DNA of 62,930 nucleotides, filler included, from Collodictyon triciliatum (GCA_043381765.1; 5 parts of 5 records of this genome joined end to end with filler, not necessarily neighbours in it); one strand, 5' to 3'; numbered from the whole stretch's first letter, positions 21,056 to 33,353 are shown. Numbers and translations are program-made. The notes: generated by a model from the letters alone, not told the origin.

Positions 21056-24000
21056 CTAGGCAAAGGTGTCGGGTAGTAATTCCATCTCTGTGTTTCTTAG
21101 AATTAAGGTTCTAGCTGTTGGGAAGTTAACGGCGGAAAACCTTGATAATGGCACTCGATCAAACTCGACGTATGATGCATTAATTGGTCCTAGCGTAAGA
21201 TGCAGAGGACGAGCAATGGCGGAAGTGCATAAAAGGCGGAGCTCGTCGAGAGATTTCATACGTTGCAGAGATCTCCCACCATCACCAGCACTTCTTAATT
21301 CTGTTACTCTGAGCATCTTGATTGAAGTTATGAATGAATCTTCGTCCGGAATAAAAGCCAGGTCACGCACTGTGCACGAAGTTGGGTCAAAATTAGATAT
21401 CCTATTCACGATGTGGTAAATTGTTTCTAATGGAATATCATTTTTGTCTGAGAATGTTAAAAAAAGACGAGGAACCATATCCCAGTCCTTTGTAAAGTAA
21501 ACGTTTACTCTGGAAACAGTTAGGGATACTAAATTGATGCACGCTTGAAAGTACTTTGGAATAAATATTGAATTCGATGAAGAGATATCAAGGCTCTGTA
21601 AATCTGCAAAGAAACGAAGAGGCCCTGCGTACGTCGGGGTTTTAACTAACATCTGAGACACATCCACATCGATAATATTCCCAACAACTTTGATCATATT
21701 TGAGCTTGATGGGGTAAAGTTGCGGTCAGATGGGATATCAATGAAGTCGATCTCAACATGCGTAGGGTGAATAACATCTAAAACCACTGGGTAAATTCTG
21801 AACAAGTTATCCCTAGCACAAAGCTTGGTAAGTTTCGTAAGTGACGAAAGGCAGGTCGGTAAGGTGTTCAATAAGTTGTCTGTGACATCAAGCAGCTGCA
21901 GCTTGTGAAGAGAGGAGACTTTTGATATGCATGTGAGATTATTTGATGACAAGTCCAGTTCGATGATTCGGAAGAATTTATTCAAATCGGGCAGATAATA
22001 AAGGTCCTTGTCGTGAAACGTCAGATGCCTAACAAAACCTTTATCCTGTTTCCAATGTGGGTCAGCCTCAAATTGAGTATTGGAATACTCTAGTTCACAC
22101 AAGTTAGGGAGCATTATTGTTTCCTCTGCTCCATAAGGCAAATTATTTCTAATCAAACTCAATGAGCTTATGTATGGATGCTTAAGTAGCCAATCGGGAA
22201 GTGATGTAAAATAATTATGTGAAAGATTTAGGGTCTGAAGGTTACCGCCGAAATCTATATCCCCGATGGAAGAAATAAAATTGTAGCTGAGGTTTAAGGA
22301 TTGCAGAAAGGGAAACCCCTGGGAAATGGTTGCGCTCAGTATTTTGTTTGAACTGATATCTATGTATGTGGCCCCCTGGAAACACGCTTCTATTCCTTCC
22401 AGGGATTTAATTAAATTAGATGACATATCAATATGAAGAAGCGATGTGAGGAGTGGTAGGTCTCCAGGTATTGCTTCGATGAAATTGTTGGATATATTGA
22501 GACGAGTAATGGTCGGTAGCTCAGCAATCATCCTTGGGAGCTCTTTTAATCTGTTATACGATACATCAATAAATGAAAGATAATGCAGACTGTGCGATGG
22601 CGAATATGGAAAGGATGTGATAAGGTTTCTCGAAATATTGAGTTCTCTAAGTCCACTTAATCCAATAAAAGTGGATGGGAAAACATCAAAGTATTTCTTG
22701 GATAAATCAAGTCTCTCAGGCTGTACAACAAGAATTAAAGGTTCCATAGTCTCAATCTCTTTGCAATCCTTAAAGTCGTAAGACTTTTTTAGGCTAAACA
22801 CCTTTTCATAAACGAGAATATTGGAATGAATCGATGATGAAGTACAGGTGTTCAATGACAATAAAGCAATCCCTGACTTAAATACGCTTGGATGTATGTA
22901 TTCTAGAGGGTTTTCACTCATAATCAGGGTCTTTAAATTACAGGCTTCACCAATATCTAGTATCTCATGAATTTGATTACTTCGAAGGTCCAACGACACC
23001 AGCGTCGGTTTATTCCAAACCCAGTTGGGAATGCTACGTATTTCATTGGTTGATAAAGATATATTTGTTAGATTTGTAAGAAGTGATAATTGATCGGGAA
23101 CCTCCACTAATTTACATCCTGGAATGTTTACTGACTCTAGCATACTTAATTCAGATAACAAAGGTAAAACTGCACTGTGAATAAGCCCATAGGACTGATT
23201 TATCTTGATTAATCTATCAGGGAATGATCCATTCAAGATGGAACCACTTTCACCCGATATTTCCAAATTCTTCAAACTGTGCAAAATTTTGATGTTATCT
23301 GCAAATCGGTCAATAGTATCAGAAAATATAACGAGAGTCCTCCTCGATTTGTTCACGTATTCAACTTTCCAGATCAGATCTGGATGCAAAAGTTTTTCAT
23401 CAACGTTAATACACTGGATATTAGGCAGTCCAAAAATTGAATTTGGTATGCAATCGATGGTTCCAAAGGAAACAGATATAGACGTCAAATTTGTTAGAAC
23501 GCTCATGAAGTCTGGGAGGACAGCCTGTTTGCTAAAAACGATGCTCTTTAGTGAAGTCAAGTGCGATATCCATGTTAACGCCTGATTACCGTCAGATTGG
23601 ATTGTTATATGCTCGACAAAGCGAAGCAATCGGGCAGTTTTTTCGGCTGAGCTTGATTCGAGTGCTTCAACATTCATCAAGTCTAAAGTTAAATTGAGCT
23701 TTTTCTTCAAATATGTCTCAAGGAGAACATCAGACCACTGTGAGGAAAAGGCTATGGACGACTGAAATAATTTTAGGTTTGTCAACTCACTAATGTGACT
23801 GTAATTGGCTGCTCTAAGAGGGTTGTCTGCGATGTTCATGAACGTAAGAGCTGTAAGTTGTGATACTGATATTGGAATTGAAGATATGCTATTCTTTGAG
23901 ATATCCAAATGCGCCAGTTTAGTCAAATTGCCAATTTTTGAGGGTATTTTTGATAGAGCAAGGTTGGTTGCTTCAAAAACGACCAATGAAAGAAGCGTCG

Positions 24001-24514
24001 ACATGGTCTCTGGAATGGACTCGATGGGGGAGTCACTCAATCGTATCTCTGTGAGGCCTGTGAGCAAAGATATATGATAGGGTATATTCCTGATATTTGG
24101 GCATTCGCCGACAGAAAGAGATTCAAGTCCCATACAAGAAGCCAGCTCGGTTGGTATTCTGTCGATCTTGTTTTTTGCCAGCTGTAACTTTCGAAGACTT
24201 GTAACCCCATACAAAATGCCGGGAAAGACCCTATTATCAAAGGCAACGAGTTCGGTGATATAGGAATGGGCCGCAATCGACGGGTTTGGGATGCTGATTG
24301 GGCCAAACGTTGAGGTTTGAGAGAAAACACTCTGGCACGCCTTGGTCCACAGAAGATATGCATCCTTCTTGATCGTGGCCTTTTTTGTGTGTCTCATTTG
24401 GAGCAGATCCTCCTTGCACATGAGGGGAACAAACAAGGATAGCAGGGACTCGGCATATTCCTGGGATCGCTCCCATGGCCTGTCTTGGGTCCCGCCAGTT
24501 GCAGGACTAGTCAT
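21056..24514 (-). CDS. Large leucine-rich-repeat protein, single 1152-aa ORF
   Basis: Dozens of LxxLxLxxNxL/IxxLP repeats (e.g. LAHLDISKNSISSIP, LVSLDLRSNQIHEI, LQTLNLSHNYFTSLP). No other domain recognised. Confidence 0.93.
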   Translation of the reverse strand: MTSPATGGTQDRPWERSQEYAESLLSLFVPLMCKEDLLQMRHTKKATIKKDAYLLWTKACQSVFSQTSTFGPISIPNPSIAAHSYITELVAFDNRVFPGILYGVTSLRKLQLAKNKIDRIPTELASCMGLESLSVGECPNIRNIPYHISLLTGLTEIRLSDSPIESIPETMSTLLSLVVFEATNLALSKIPSKIGNLTKLAHLDISKNSISSIPISVSQLTALTFMNIADNPLRAANYSHISELTNLKLFQSSIAFSSQWSDVLLETYLKKKLNLTLDLMNVEALESSSAEKTARLLRFVEHITIQSDGNQALTWISHLTSLKSIVFSKQAVLPDFMSVLTNLTSISVSFGTIDCIPNSIFGLPNIQCINVDEKLLHPDLIWKVEYVNKSRRTLVIFSDTIDRFADNIKILHSLKNLEISGESGSILNGSFPDRLIKINQSYGLIHSAVLPLLSELSMLESVNIPGCKLVEVPDQLSLLTNLTNISLSTNEIRSIPNWVWNKPTLVSLDLRSNQIHEILDIGEACNLKTLIMSENPLEYIHPSVFKSGIALLSLNTCTSSSIHSNILVYEKVFSLKKSYDFKDCKEIETMEPLILVVQPERLDLSKKYFDVFPSTFIGLSGLRELNISRNLITSFPYSPSHSLHYLSFIDVSYNRLKELPRMIAELPTITRLNISNNFIEAIPGDLPLLTSLLHIDMSSNLIKSLEGIEACFQGATYIDISSNKILSATISQGFPFLQSLNLSYNFISSIGDIDFGGNLQTLNLSHNYFTSLPDWLLKHPYISSLSLIRNNLPYGAEETIMLPNLCELEYSNTQFEADPHWKQDKGFVRHLTFHDKDLYYLPDLNKFFRIIELDLSSNNLTCISKVSSLHKLQLLDVTDNLLNTLPTCLSSLTKLTKLCARDNLFRIYPVVLDVIHPTHVEIDFIDIPSDRNFTPSSSNMIKVVGNIIDVDVSQMLVKTPTYAGPLRFFADLQSLDISSSNSIFIPKYFQACINLVSLTVSRVNVYFTKDWDMVPRLFLTFSDKNDIPLETIYHIVNRISNFDPTSCTVRDLAFIPDEDSFITSIKMLRVTELRSAGDGGRSLQRMKSLDELRLLCTSAIARPLHLTLGPINASYVEFDRVPLSRFSAVNFPTARTLILRNTEMELLPDTFA

Positions 24515-25205
24515 GGTCAGCTATGGTGGGAAAAGAAGTCAAAGTTGCTGGTTTACCTTTGTTTGTTCGGCGGATCTTTTCATTTTTCTTTGCTACCTTA
24601 CAACCAAAACTTTACGGCTCAGAGTTGATAAATATGTATATATAATTATTTTGTCTCCTATTGGATGTGTGGTAACCAGGCGGCACGATTCGCCGGGACG
24701 GGGTGCTGTGGCGAGGCAGCATCAGGCTGCAGCCGCAAGCCGGAGAAAGTTTGATTCATGAAAGGGAGCGGCGAATCAGATCAAAATGATTCCGCAAAAA
24801 TAATCAGTGAATTTATGCAATTGTGGAAAAAATAGTATATTACGTAAATTCTCTAAATTTTAAGATTGCGGTGATAAATAAAAGCTTTTTAACAACATAA
24901 TATATTTACTTCTGCCGGTTTATGTGCTCGCGTGCTCAATCATTTGTCTGTTCATTTGTTTTTTTTGGTCGTCATCTGTCAACCCGCACGCCCGGCCGAA
25001 CGAAAACGCAGCAAAGCTTTCTCTGAGTACACACTTGCCTGACAAATGGCAATCCTACAGAGACACCGCGCAAAATACAAAATACAAAAACAAAAAACAA
25101 AAAAACAAAAAAACAAAAAAACAAAAAAACAAAAAAACAAAAAAACAAAAAAACAAAAAAANNNNNNNNNNNNNNNNNNNNNNNNNNNNNNNNNNNNNNN
25201 NNNNN

Positions 25206-25217
25206 TTAATTAATTAA
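25206..25217. other. Artificial scaffold-joining spacer TTAATTAATTAA (also at 34321-34332, 49532-49543, 57711-57722)
   Basis: Identical palindromic 12-mer with stops in all six frames, embedded in N runs, four times. Confidence 0.97.
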
Positions 25218-25305
25218 NNNNNNNNNNNNNNNNNNNNNNNNNNNNNNNNNNNNNNNNNNNNTGTATAGCTATCAATTGAGGTTTCTTCCATACATCTCCA
25301 TGCAG

Positions 25306-26930
25306 TACACTCTTGTTAGTATGTTTGATAAACAAAAGCAACTAAATTCTCATGAACCAGGTTTGTTATCACCCTCCTAGCCAGTGCGCAAAAAAAAAAA
25401 AAAAAAACTTGTACCTATGAAAAAAATATAATACCCAAAATATGACGGGTTTTATTGCATGTATGTGCTTTATTTATCATTCTTTTTTTTTGTAATTATT
25501 TAAGTTATACCATTCTAGAATACGAAATATCCTTTGGAAATTACATCGACAAAATCAATATAATGATTGGTAGAATTATGTGTGACCAAGCACACGGTTT
25601 TTGAAATTTTATTCGCAAATTAAAGAAAGTACCCAGAATAAAATTCGAGCAGAGAACGAATGGATAGCATTTTCAAAAAAAAAAAATACTTATAATTTTG
25701 TATAGCATCACTCCCGCAAATGAGCCGCACCGAAAATGCAATGTGTATATGGGAGCACATCGCACAAAATGCTAATATTAGTCACATAATGGAAAAAATC
25801 ATTCCCTTCCATGTACGAGTATTATTCTAATTTTTAAGATAAAAAGCATTTCAACCAAGCAATATCTTCAAATCAGGATAATACCAATCACGACACACAT
25901 GAATACATATTTTCTGAGAAAGTAGAAATAAGTCATTTTAGTTATTCGACTAAAGGGTTCGTTGTAAATAAGGTAGGCATTGTGCATGATGTTTTTTAAC
26001 AACTTTCTTTGATATATGTCTATTTTTATCTAATAAAAATCCATATTTAGTCAAGTCCTAGCCAGATAGCTCTTGCATTTCATAGAGGAATTAGCCAGCA
26101 CAATACCAACGATTTACCTATTAATTTTTACCGTGTAAGTTTCGATGTCGCTGGCTTAAATTACTATTTTTATTTTTATCGTTTTCCATGAGATACGGTC
26201 AACCACTTTCATAAAAATAAACATTTCGCAACCAACACGTGTTTTTCTAAATCGACCTAGGATATCGACAACACAAAAGTTCTCGAAAGGTCACATATTT
26301 ATATCTCATAATCCTGAAATGAATAAGTCGAAGAAGAAATGCGATTCTATTTGTTTCGGATCTGCGAGATTTTATGGCATATGTTTTTTATATGTTTTTT
26401 ATATGTTTTTTATATGTTTTTTATATGTTTTTTATATGTTTTTTATATGTTTTTTATATGTTTTTTATATGTTTTTTATATGTTTTTTATATGTTTTTGT
26501 CTTTGATTTTTCTTTTTTATTCTTGTTTACTGCAGCTCTCCTATGTCCACAAAGCACAAGACAAGTTCCATTGGACAAAACCTTAACATAGTCTTGGAAA
26601 GCATGTTTGGTTCAGAAAAGCCGCGCGTGAGAATTTCTCAGAATGTTGAAGATGATACCAATATTGGTAATTTACTTATTTATTTTTGCTTTACAAAAGA
26701 AAGCATAGAAAAAGAAACATATATGCGCCCTCAACTTGAATGATTGATTGTAATCCACTCTTCATGGTTGAATATTTTTCAAAGTGTATATATGCATTTT
26801 ACCATATTATCTCTTTCACAAGTAACGTCCATCATTTATTTATTTTTTGTTTTTATTTATATTTCAGCCTTCCATTCTCCCTTTTCATGAAGATATTTTC
26901 GTATTAGCAGGTGCTTTAGAACTGGCTGTA
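25306..26930 (+). CDS. DMXL/Rabconnectin-3a/Rav1-like gene, partial (exons upstream of the C-terminal WD40 propeller)
   Basis: Chain of short GT-AG exons. One pair reads EYIFSEKVEISHFSYSTKGFVVNK/SSPSQIALAFHRGI, resembling the DMXL 'AFSVNK..N.IA(L)AS' segment. Confidence 0.5.
26381..26497. repeat. 11-bp tandem repeat (TTTTTTATATG)n, intronic
   Basis: About 10 tandem units; near-identical unit at 57767-57900. Confidence 0.9.
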
Positions 26931-27617
26931 GGTGNNNNNNNNNNNNNNNNNNNNNNNNNNNNNNNNNNNNNNNNNNNNNNNNNNNNNNNNNNNNNNNNNN
27001 NNNNNNNNNNNNNNNNNNNNNNNNNNNNNNNNNNNNNNNNNNNNNNNNNNNNNNNNNNNNNNNNNNNNNNNNNNNNNNNNNNNNNNNNNNNNNNNNNNNN
27101 NNNNNNNNNNNNNNNNNNNNNNNNNNNNNNNNNNNNNNNNNNNNNNNNNNNNNNNNNNNNNNNNNNNNNNNNNNNNNNNNNNNNNNNNNNNNNNNNNNNN
27201 NNNNNNNNNNNNNNNNNNNNNNNNNNNNNNNNNNNNNNNNNNNNNNNNNNNNNNNNNNNNNNNNNNNNNNNNNNNNNNNNNNNNNNNNNNNNNNNNNNNN
27301 NNNNNNNNNNNNNNNNNNNNNNNNNNNNNNNNNNNNNNNNNNNNNNNNNNNNNNNNNNNNNNNNNNNNNNNNNNNNNNNNNNNNNNNNNNNNNNNNNNNN
27401 NNNNNNNNNNNNNNNNNNNNNNNNNNNNNNNNNNNNNNNNNNNNNNNNNNNNNNNNNNNNNNNNNNNNNNNNNNNNNNNNNNNNNNNNNNNNNNNNNNNN
27501 NNNNNNNNNNNNNNNNNNNNNNNNNNNNNGTCACTCACTCAGACAAACGCTATCATTCTCGTCACTCCACCCCTCTGCCTCCATAGCTGCTTATGAACTG
27601 CAACCATTTTTTCTCAG

Positions 27618-30600
27618 GGCGCAGGTGGGCAATACATCTACGCATGCACCTCGACCGGCGAGCCTGGCTTCGGACAACCGCTCACAGACTTGACCATTGT
27701 CGCTGCCTCAACTTCCTCTGTTCAGGTGTGCCCATCCCTGCACCTTTTGATGCAAACATCTCATGTCACGCTCTGGAATAAGGCAGAATTGACACTCCCG
27801 GGAAAGATTCCTCCAAATTCATATCACGCCATACCACCCCCTACTCTTCTTAGTGCCCTGCAGGATACACGCGCGTTGAAAAGGACTGCAACTCTGGTGC
27901 TCGCGGCTCTTATGTCTACTGGTGCTATCAAAGAGGAGGCGCCTCCGCTGTAACCAGTCTAAAGTTTGTTGTTGGCTCTAGTGTGTGCCCTGCCGACCAC
28001 GAGCTGATTCCCCAGAATATAAATCAGGTTTCTTCCCAGTTTTTCTTCCCATCTGACACGTTTCCTATGACATATTCAATCGTAGCTGACCGTGCACGGC
28101 TCTCAATCTGTCTCTAATACTCACTCATTTTCTCATCCGAACTGACTTCATAGGGCACATCCGGCCCGGCTATATATGCCTGCAAGCAAAAGGCGTGCAA
28201 TCTTCGATTCGAGACCTTGTCCGACCTGAGATTTAGGTCTTCCGGTGGATTTAGAGTCGTTCAGTTCTCTGATATTCATACTGGCGTCCCGGAGCCCGAC
28301 ATGAGCACCCAAAATGTAACATATCCGTCATGTTTCGATTTTCGTGCTGGATAATAAAGAGATTAACTGGATGCGTTTTTTTGCTCAATTGAAATTGTTA
28401 ATTCATACTCATCTCGACTAGGTCATGCGCCAGATTCTTGAACAAGAGAAGCCCGATCTGGTTGTCCTCAATGGAGATCAGGTAGAAAAAATATTTTGAC
28501 TGAAATACCAACGAATGGATTGTTTCGTATTTATATATTCAAAGACGTCGGCATCTATTGGCACAAAAAAAATATGCAAAGATAATTTTACATACTTTTT
28601 TCACTTGATTGTTTTATTCTACCTGATGGAGAGGCGACTAATATCTTCCTGTCTCGAAGGTATCTGACTACTCGTGGAATCGCGTCACTCGGCCATGGTT
28701 CCAAGGATTTTACGAACGCCTTTTGGATCCCATTCTAGCCGGAGGTTACCGATACGCTTTTGCAATGGGAAATCATGACCCAGGTAACTAAAGCCTTTAA
28801 ACTCCCAAAAAAAAAAAACCCCCCACTCTGAATACCAGCAATATGAACCATATGACTCACTCAATCCATAGCTTAAAATTCGAGATGAAAAGGCATTGAG
28901 GAGATACACCTAGATATTTTGAAATGATATCCAGGCAACTCCCCATGCAGCCCATCCAAATAAATTTAAACGGTTTCTATTATATTCACTCGCACACCTG
29001 TTGTAGGAGCGGACCTTAGCGCAGAACAAATCATCGCAGTCGATCAGAAGGCTGGGGGAGTCTTGTCCCTGACAAAACGTGGCCCCACAAACATCAACGG
29101 AACTACAAATTACGTCATCAATATTTTCTCATCTTCAGGAACCACTGAGGTGACAGGCCATGTGTGGGTTCTGGACTCCGGCGTCAGTAACTGCGAGGTT
29201 TTGTCACTTTATGCTCACTCTCAATTTTTAATTATTTTTTTATGGATTTGTTGAATATTCGAATAATTAACGTTGAATTAGTTTCTTAAAAGAACAAAAC
29301 ATAAAATTATCTGTTTACTATCACCGTAATCAACATTTCAATTATAATTGGTGACAATATTGCCTCTGTCGGTTTAGGGTGTCCGTGGGTATGGATGTGT
29401 TGAACGCGACCAAGTGGCTTGGTATCAGGAAACTGCAAATGCCCTACGTCGCCAAAATCCAAACAACCGCATCAACCCTGCCCTCGCTTACTTCCACATT
29501 CCAATGCAGGAGCACATGGAAGTAAATGATAAGTCCTTATGATGCTTGTTTTTATTTTGTTTTTTGTTTTTTGTTTTTTGTTTTTTGTTTTTTGTTTTTT
29601 GTTTTTTGTTTTTTGTTTTTTGTTTTTTGTTTTTTGTTTTTATTTTCTAATTTCTAATTTTTTTTTGTCCTAAATACAAAAAATAGGTTAACACTGCCTC
29701 TGAGTGCTACGGACGCAAGGAAGAAAATGTCTGCTGTCATTCTGTTAATACTGGGTATTTAGGATGATGAATTAATCTTTCTCTTTCGACTCTTTCGTAT
29801 GCTCGAACTTAACACTCGTATGGGAGAGGACGAACACTTTTGTCTCCCTTTTTTCCCCCTTTTTTTTCTCTCCTTTTTTTTCTCTCTCTCTTTTTTTTTC
29901 TCTCTCTCTTTTTTTTTTCTCTCTCTTTTTTTCTCTCTCTCTTTTTTTTTTCTCTCTCTTTTTTTCTCTCTCTTTTCTTGGCTAGATGAATTCTTAATTG
30001 TTATTTGATTGGTATATTCAATCCGCTTTATCCGCTTCAATATCAGCCTTTTTGATGCATTCAAGATTCAAGGTGATGTTCGGGCCATCACCGTAGGTCA
30101 TGGTACGCCCTTTATTGCTCAACCCTATAGATGACTAAATTATTTCGAAAAAAAAAACTCAGAAAGTGTGATTATTGTGCCACTGGGTTATTTAAATACT
30201 GTTCAAAATGCAGATTTGCTGACGGCCTAAAAGGCTACAAACAAGAGAAAAGAGGACATATCATCTTTAATAATTTAATGTGGAATAACCTAAATCTGCC
30301 ACCATACGCCCCCAATCAACCAGATCACAATATCGACTTTGTTGCCAAACTGGAGGGTATTTACGTGACTTATGGCCGCAAGTCTGGGTATGGCGGATAC
30401 GGTCCGCCAAGTGGCTGGCTCCTGGGCTCTCGTGTCATCGAGTTATTCGAAGACGGTATCTTTACACAAACTCTAATTGCCTTTTGTCCTTTGTGCTTGT
30501 AACTGTCATAATTATTCGGGTGATTCCCCCAACCATGAGAAATGCGTCTCGATGTAGGCTCTGTGAGTACTTGGATTCGTCAGCAAGACGGCTCCAAGAT

Positions 30601-30758
30601 TGTCCAAACTGAAAAGTGCAACTTTGGCGGACAGGTTTGAAAACGAATCGCCATAGCTTCAGAAAAAGCCTCTGCGACAAAACTCACATTAACCATGCTG
30701 CACAAAGGATCGTTGCTGCGGCTCTGTCAACACCGAATGCGAGCGTTGTGTGGTTTAG
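27618..30758 (+). CDS. MABP-like beta-prism + calcineurin-like metallophosphoesterase (DCR2 / plant PAP14-29 type), 5'-partial, ~11 exons
   Basis: Phosphoesterase motifs SDIH, VLNGDQ, GNHD, FHIP, GHDHN.D and GYGGYG...GSRVIEL. Upstream exons give GAGGQYIYAC..PLTDLTIV, CPAGYTRVEKDCNSGARGSYVYWCY and CPADHELIPQNINQGTSGPAIYAC. Confidence 0.87.
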
Positions 30759-31131
30759 ACGCTTTTCTTCACCCGCACTGCCGTTTGACAACACAGAAAT
30801 AAATGAAATGCCGTTGTTGGAAATAAATGATATCGCCATTAGTTTTTGTTTTGTTTTGTTTTGTGATTAATTATTTACACACAATTTTAAAAAAGAAGCC
30901 GCGTGTAATCACGCATGATGTTCTTTTAGTTTATTGTTGGTTGCTTTTATTCTCTCTTTCTATTGAACAACAATACTCCATCACTTGTGTTGGTTTCTGA
31001 CCACCAGCATAATCATGACATAGCCCACCACTTCTGTGTGGTGAACCCCGGTACAGCCAGAAAGAGAAAGAGAAAGTGCATGCGAGAGAAAGGAAAGCGT
31101 CCACCATGCAATGCTTCGGGGCTGTGGCACA

Positions 31132-32700
31132 TCAAAAATCATCGTCAGCCTCCGTGCCAAAGTCTGCGAACATGTTTGTAATCCTGGCTGAGGTTGTTGA
31201 TTTCGCAGCGCTTGGACGGGCTGGATGATTGTTTGGAAGCAGAAATGATTAAAGGGTGATGAATTCAAGCGGGCTACCCACACACCATCCACAGAGAAAC
31301 AAGAAAGGATTGGGTGCTAAGAGGCAAGATGGAAGAACAGGGTTATGAAGGGGAGTCTTCAAGTCATGCTTCCTCGAGCTTGTTCATGGGTTGTGCAAAG
31401 TAGAGAAGTGCACATACCTGCGGGAGTCACGGATGCCTTTGCGGCCCCGCCCGAGGACGAAGCCGGATTTGCAGCAGGCTCCTCCTCCTTTTTGGTGAAC
31501 CGAGAGAAGCGGGACGGCTGTGGCGGTGCCACCTCTGGTGGATTGGGTCGTGTCTGGCTTGGTTGGCTTGGTTGGCTTGGCTGGTTCTTCTGGGGTTTCT
31601 CGCCCGCAGCAAATCCTCCCGCGAATCGTGTAAACAGCGAAGATGACGGCCTACTCTCGACGCTGGAGTTCGGAGAGGAGTCATAGCTAGACAGTACGCT
31701 GCCTCCACCCGTGCTGGCTTTGGGCAAGGATTCAGGCGGCGGGCTCATCCGGTTCGAGGACTCTAGTTTCGGTAGCTCGGTGATGGAAAACGAGGACTCT
31801 GACTTTTGGGTTGTCTGTAAATGTGATGTTGAGTGAAGATATTCGGATAATAACGAATTAAGGGATGTATTGGCAAGGGTTGTTTTGTGAAGAGGAGCAA
31901 TGGCATTTTCTGGATGAACAGAGTTTCTTAAATGGCAACCTCTTTTGGTAACACGGGCTGAGTCTTCGGCGGCATTGCACTTCCTGCATTTGATGAAGAT
32001 GCCCCCGGTGTGGTGGTTGTGGTTGTTGGATAAAAAGTGTGTCGGATAGCAGAAACATCTCCAAACTGATATTCATCTACGGCACTCTGAATCATTCGGA
32101 CCAGCGGTGTTTTTTATACAAAAAGAATATCAGAATATAAGAGGGATTGGTCAAATAATCGTTGGAATTATTGATGATTTGACAACTATCTCAATTGATT
32201 TTTTCATGTTGAGAGGATGAGAGAAAGGGAATAACAAAACAAAGAGCGTAGGAGAACAAGAGCAGGGTAGATAAGCAGAGGGGAAAAGCCAGGATGAAAG
32301 AGGATGCAGGAACAGAAAAAAAAATTATGTGAGGCAATTAAATAAGCAAGTGATATGCCCACCTTTTCTGATGGTGCATTGCGTGTTTGTGAAGGGCTTC
32401 CCATAGAACTACTTGCTCTGATGCGGGTGTCAATTAATGCACACTCTAAAATTCTTAACAGTGGCTGAAATATATGCACAAAATCATATATGTGATGAGC
32501 TCAGAAAAAAGAGAGGGGGAGATTCCAGAATATATAAATACGAAATGTGTTACACTTTCGACCCAAGTCCAAGAGCCGAACGCAAAGATGGTGGAGCCAC
32601 TTTTGGCTGCTCCGTTTCCTTATCTTCACCAGACAGATTGGCAAGAATGGCAGCAGAACGTGCAGTCATTTCGACAGAACGTTGGGGTGTTTGCGGTTGC
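31132..32700 (-). CDS. Hypothetical Ser/Pro-rich protein, 3' part only (about 5 exons), ends MFADFGTEADDDF
   Basis: Open minus-strand exons with GT-AG boundaries and coding-like composition. The 5' end runs into the (AGATGT)n repeat and gap. Confidence 0.6.
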
Positions 32701-32729
32701 TGCATAAAGACAGGGATAGGTTTATTTGT

Positions 32730-32779
32730 ATCCTTAAAATATATGTTTCCTTAATTCGATTGAAATCCTTAAAGTATAT
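32730..32779 (-). mobile_element. Ultra-short retroelement insertion with 15-bp TSD (1 mismatch)
   Basis: ATCCTTAAAATATAT - GTTTCCTTAATTCGATTGAA - ATCCTTAAAGTATAT. Confidence 0.7.
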
Positions 32780-32830
32780 ATCATAGATCAGATATATGGG
32801 ATAGTTTGCCAAAATATTCGATAGTTTATT

Positions 32831-32979
32831 AGATGTAGATGTAGATGTAGATGTAGATGTAGATGTAGATGTAGATGTAGATGTAGATGTAGATGTAGAT
32901 GTAGATGTAGATGTAGATGTAGATGTAGATGTAGATGTAGATGTAGATGTAGATGTAGATGTAGATGTAGATGTAGATG
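32831..32979. repeat. (AGATGT)n hexanucleotide microsatellite
   Basis: Perfect tandem array abutting a gap. Confidence 0.95.
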
Positions 32980-33138
32980 ANNNNNNNNNNNNNNNNNNNN
33001 NNNNNNNNNNNNNNNNNNNNNNNNNNNNNNNNNNNNNNNNNNNNNNNNNNNNNNNNNNNNNNNNNNNNNNNNNNNNNNNNTTTACTCTTTTTTTACTCTT
33101 TTTTTACTCTTTTTTTTCTCTTTTTTACTCTTTTTTTT

Positions 33139-33206
<68 letters not shown>

Positions 33207-33353
33207 CTTTTTTTTTCTCTTTTTTTTACTCTTTTTTTTACTCTTTTTTTTTCTCTTTTTTTTACTCTTTTTTTTACTCTTTTTTTTACTCTTTTTTTAC
33301 TCTTTTTTTACTCTTTTTTTTTACTCTTTTTTGAACTGTTTCGGTCATGTCAG

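Noticed and set aside
24521-24583. Short upstream exon MKRSAEQTK for the LRR gene
   Set aside because: It would need a 36-nt intron, much shorter than the others seen here; unsupported without transcripts.
32437-32786. Plus-strand ORFs with Cys motifs
   Set aside because: The minus strand gives a clean AG/GT-bounded exon continuing the 31132-32700 gene.
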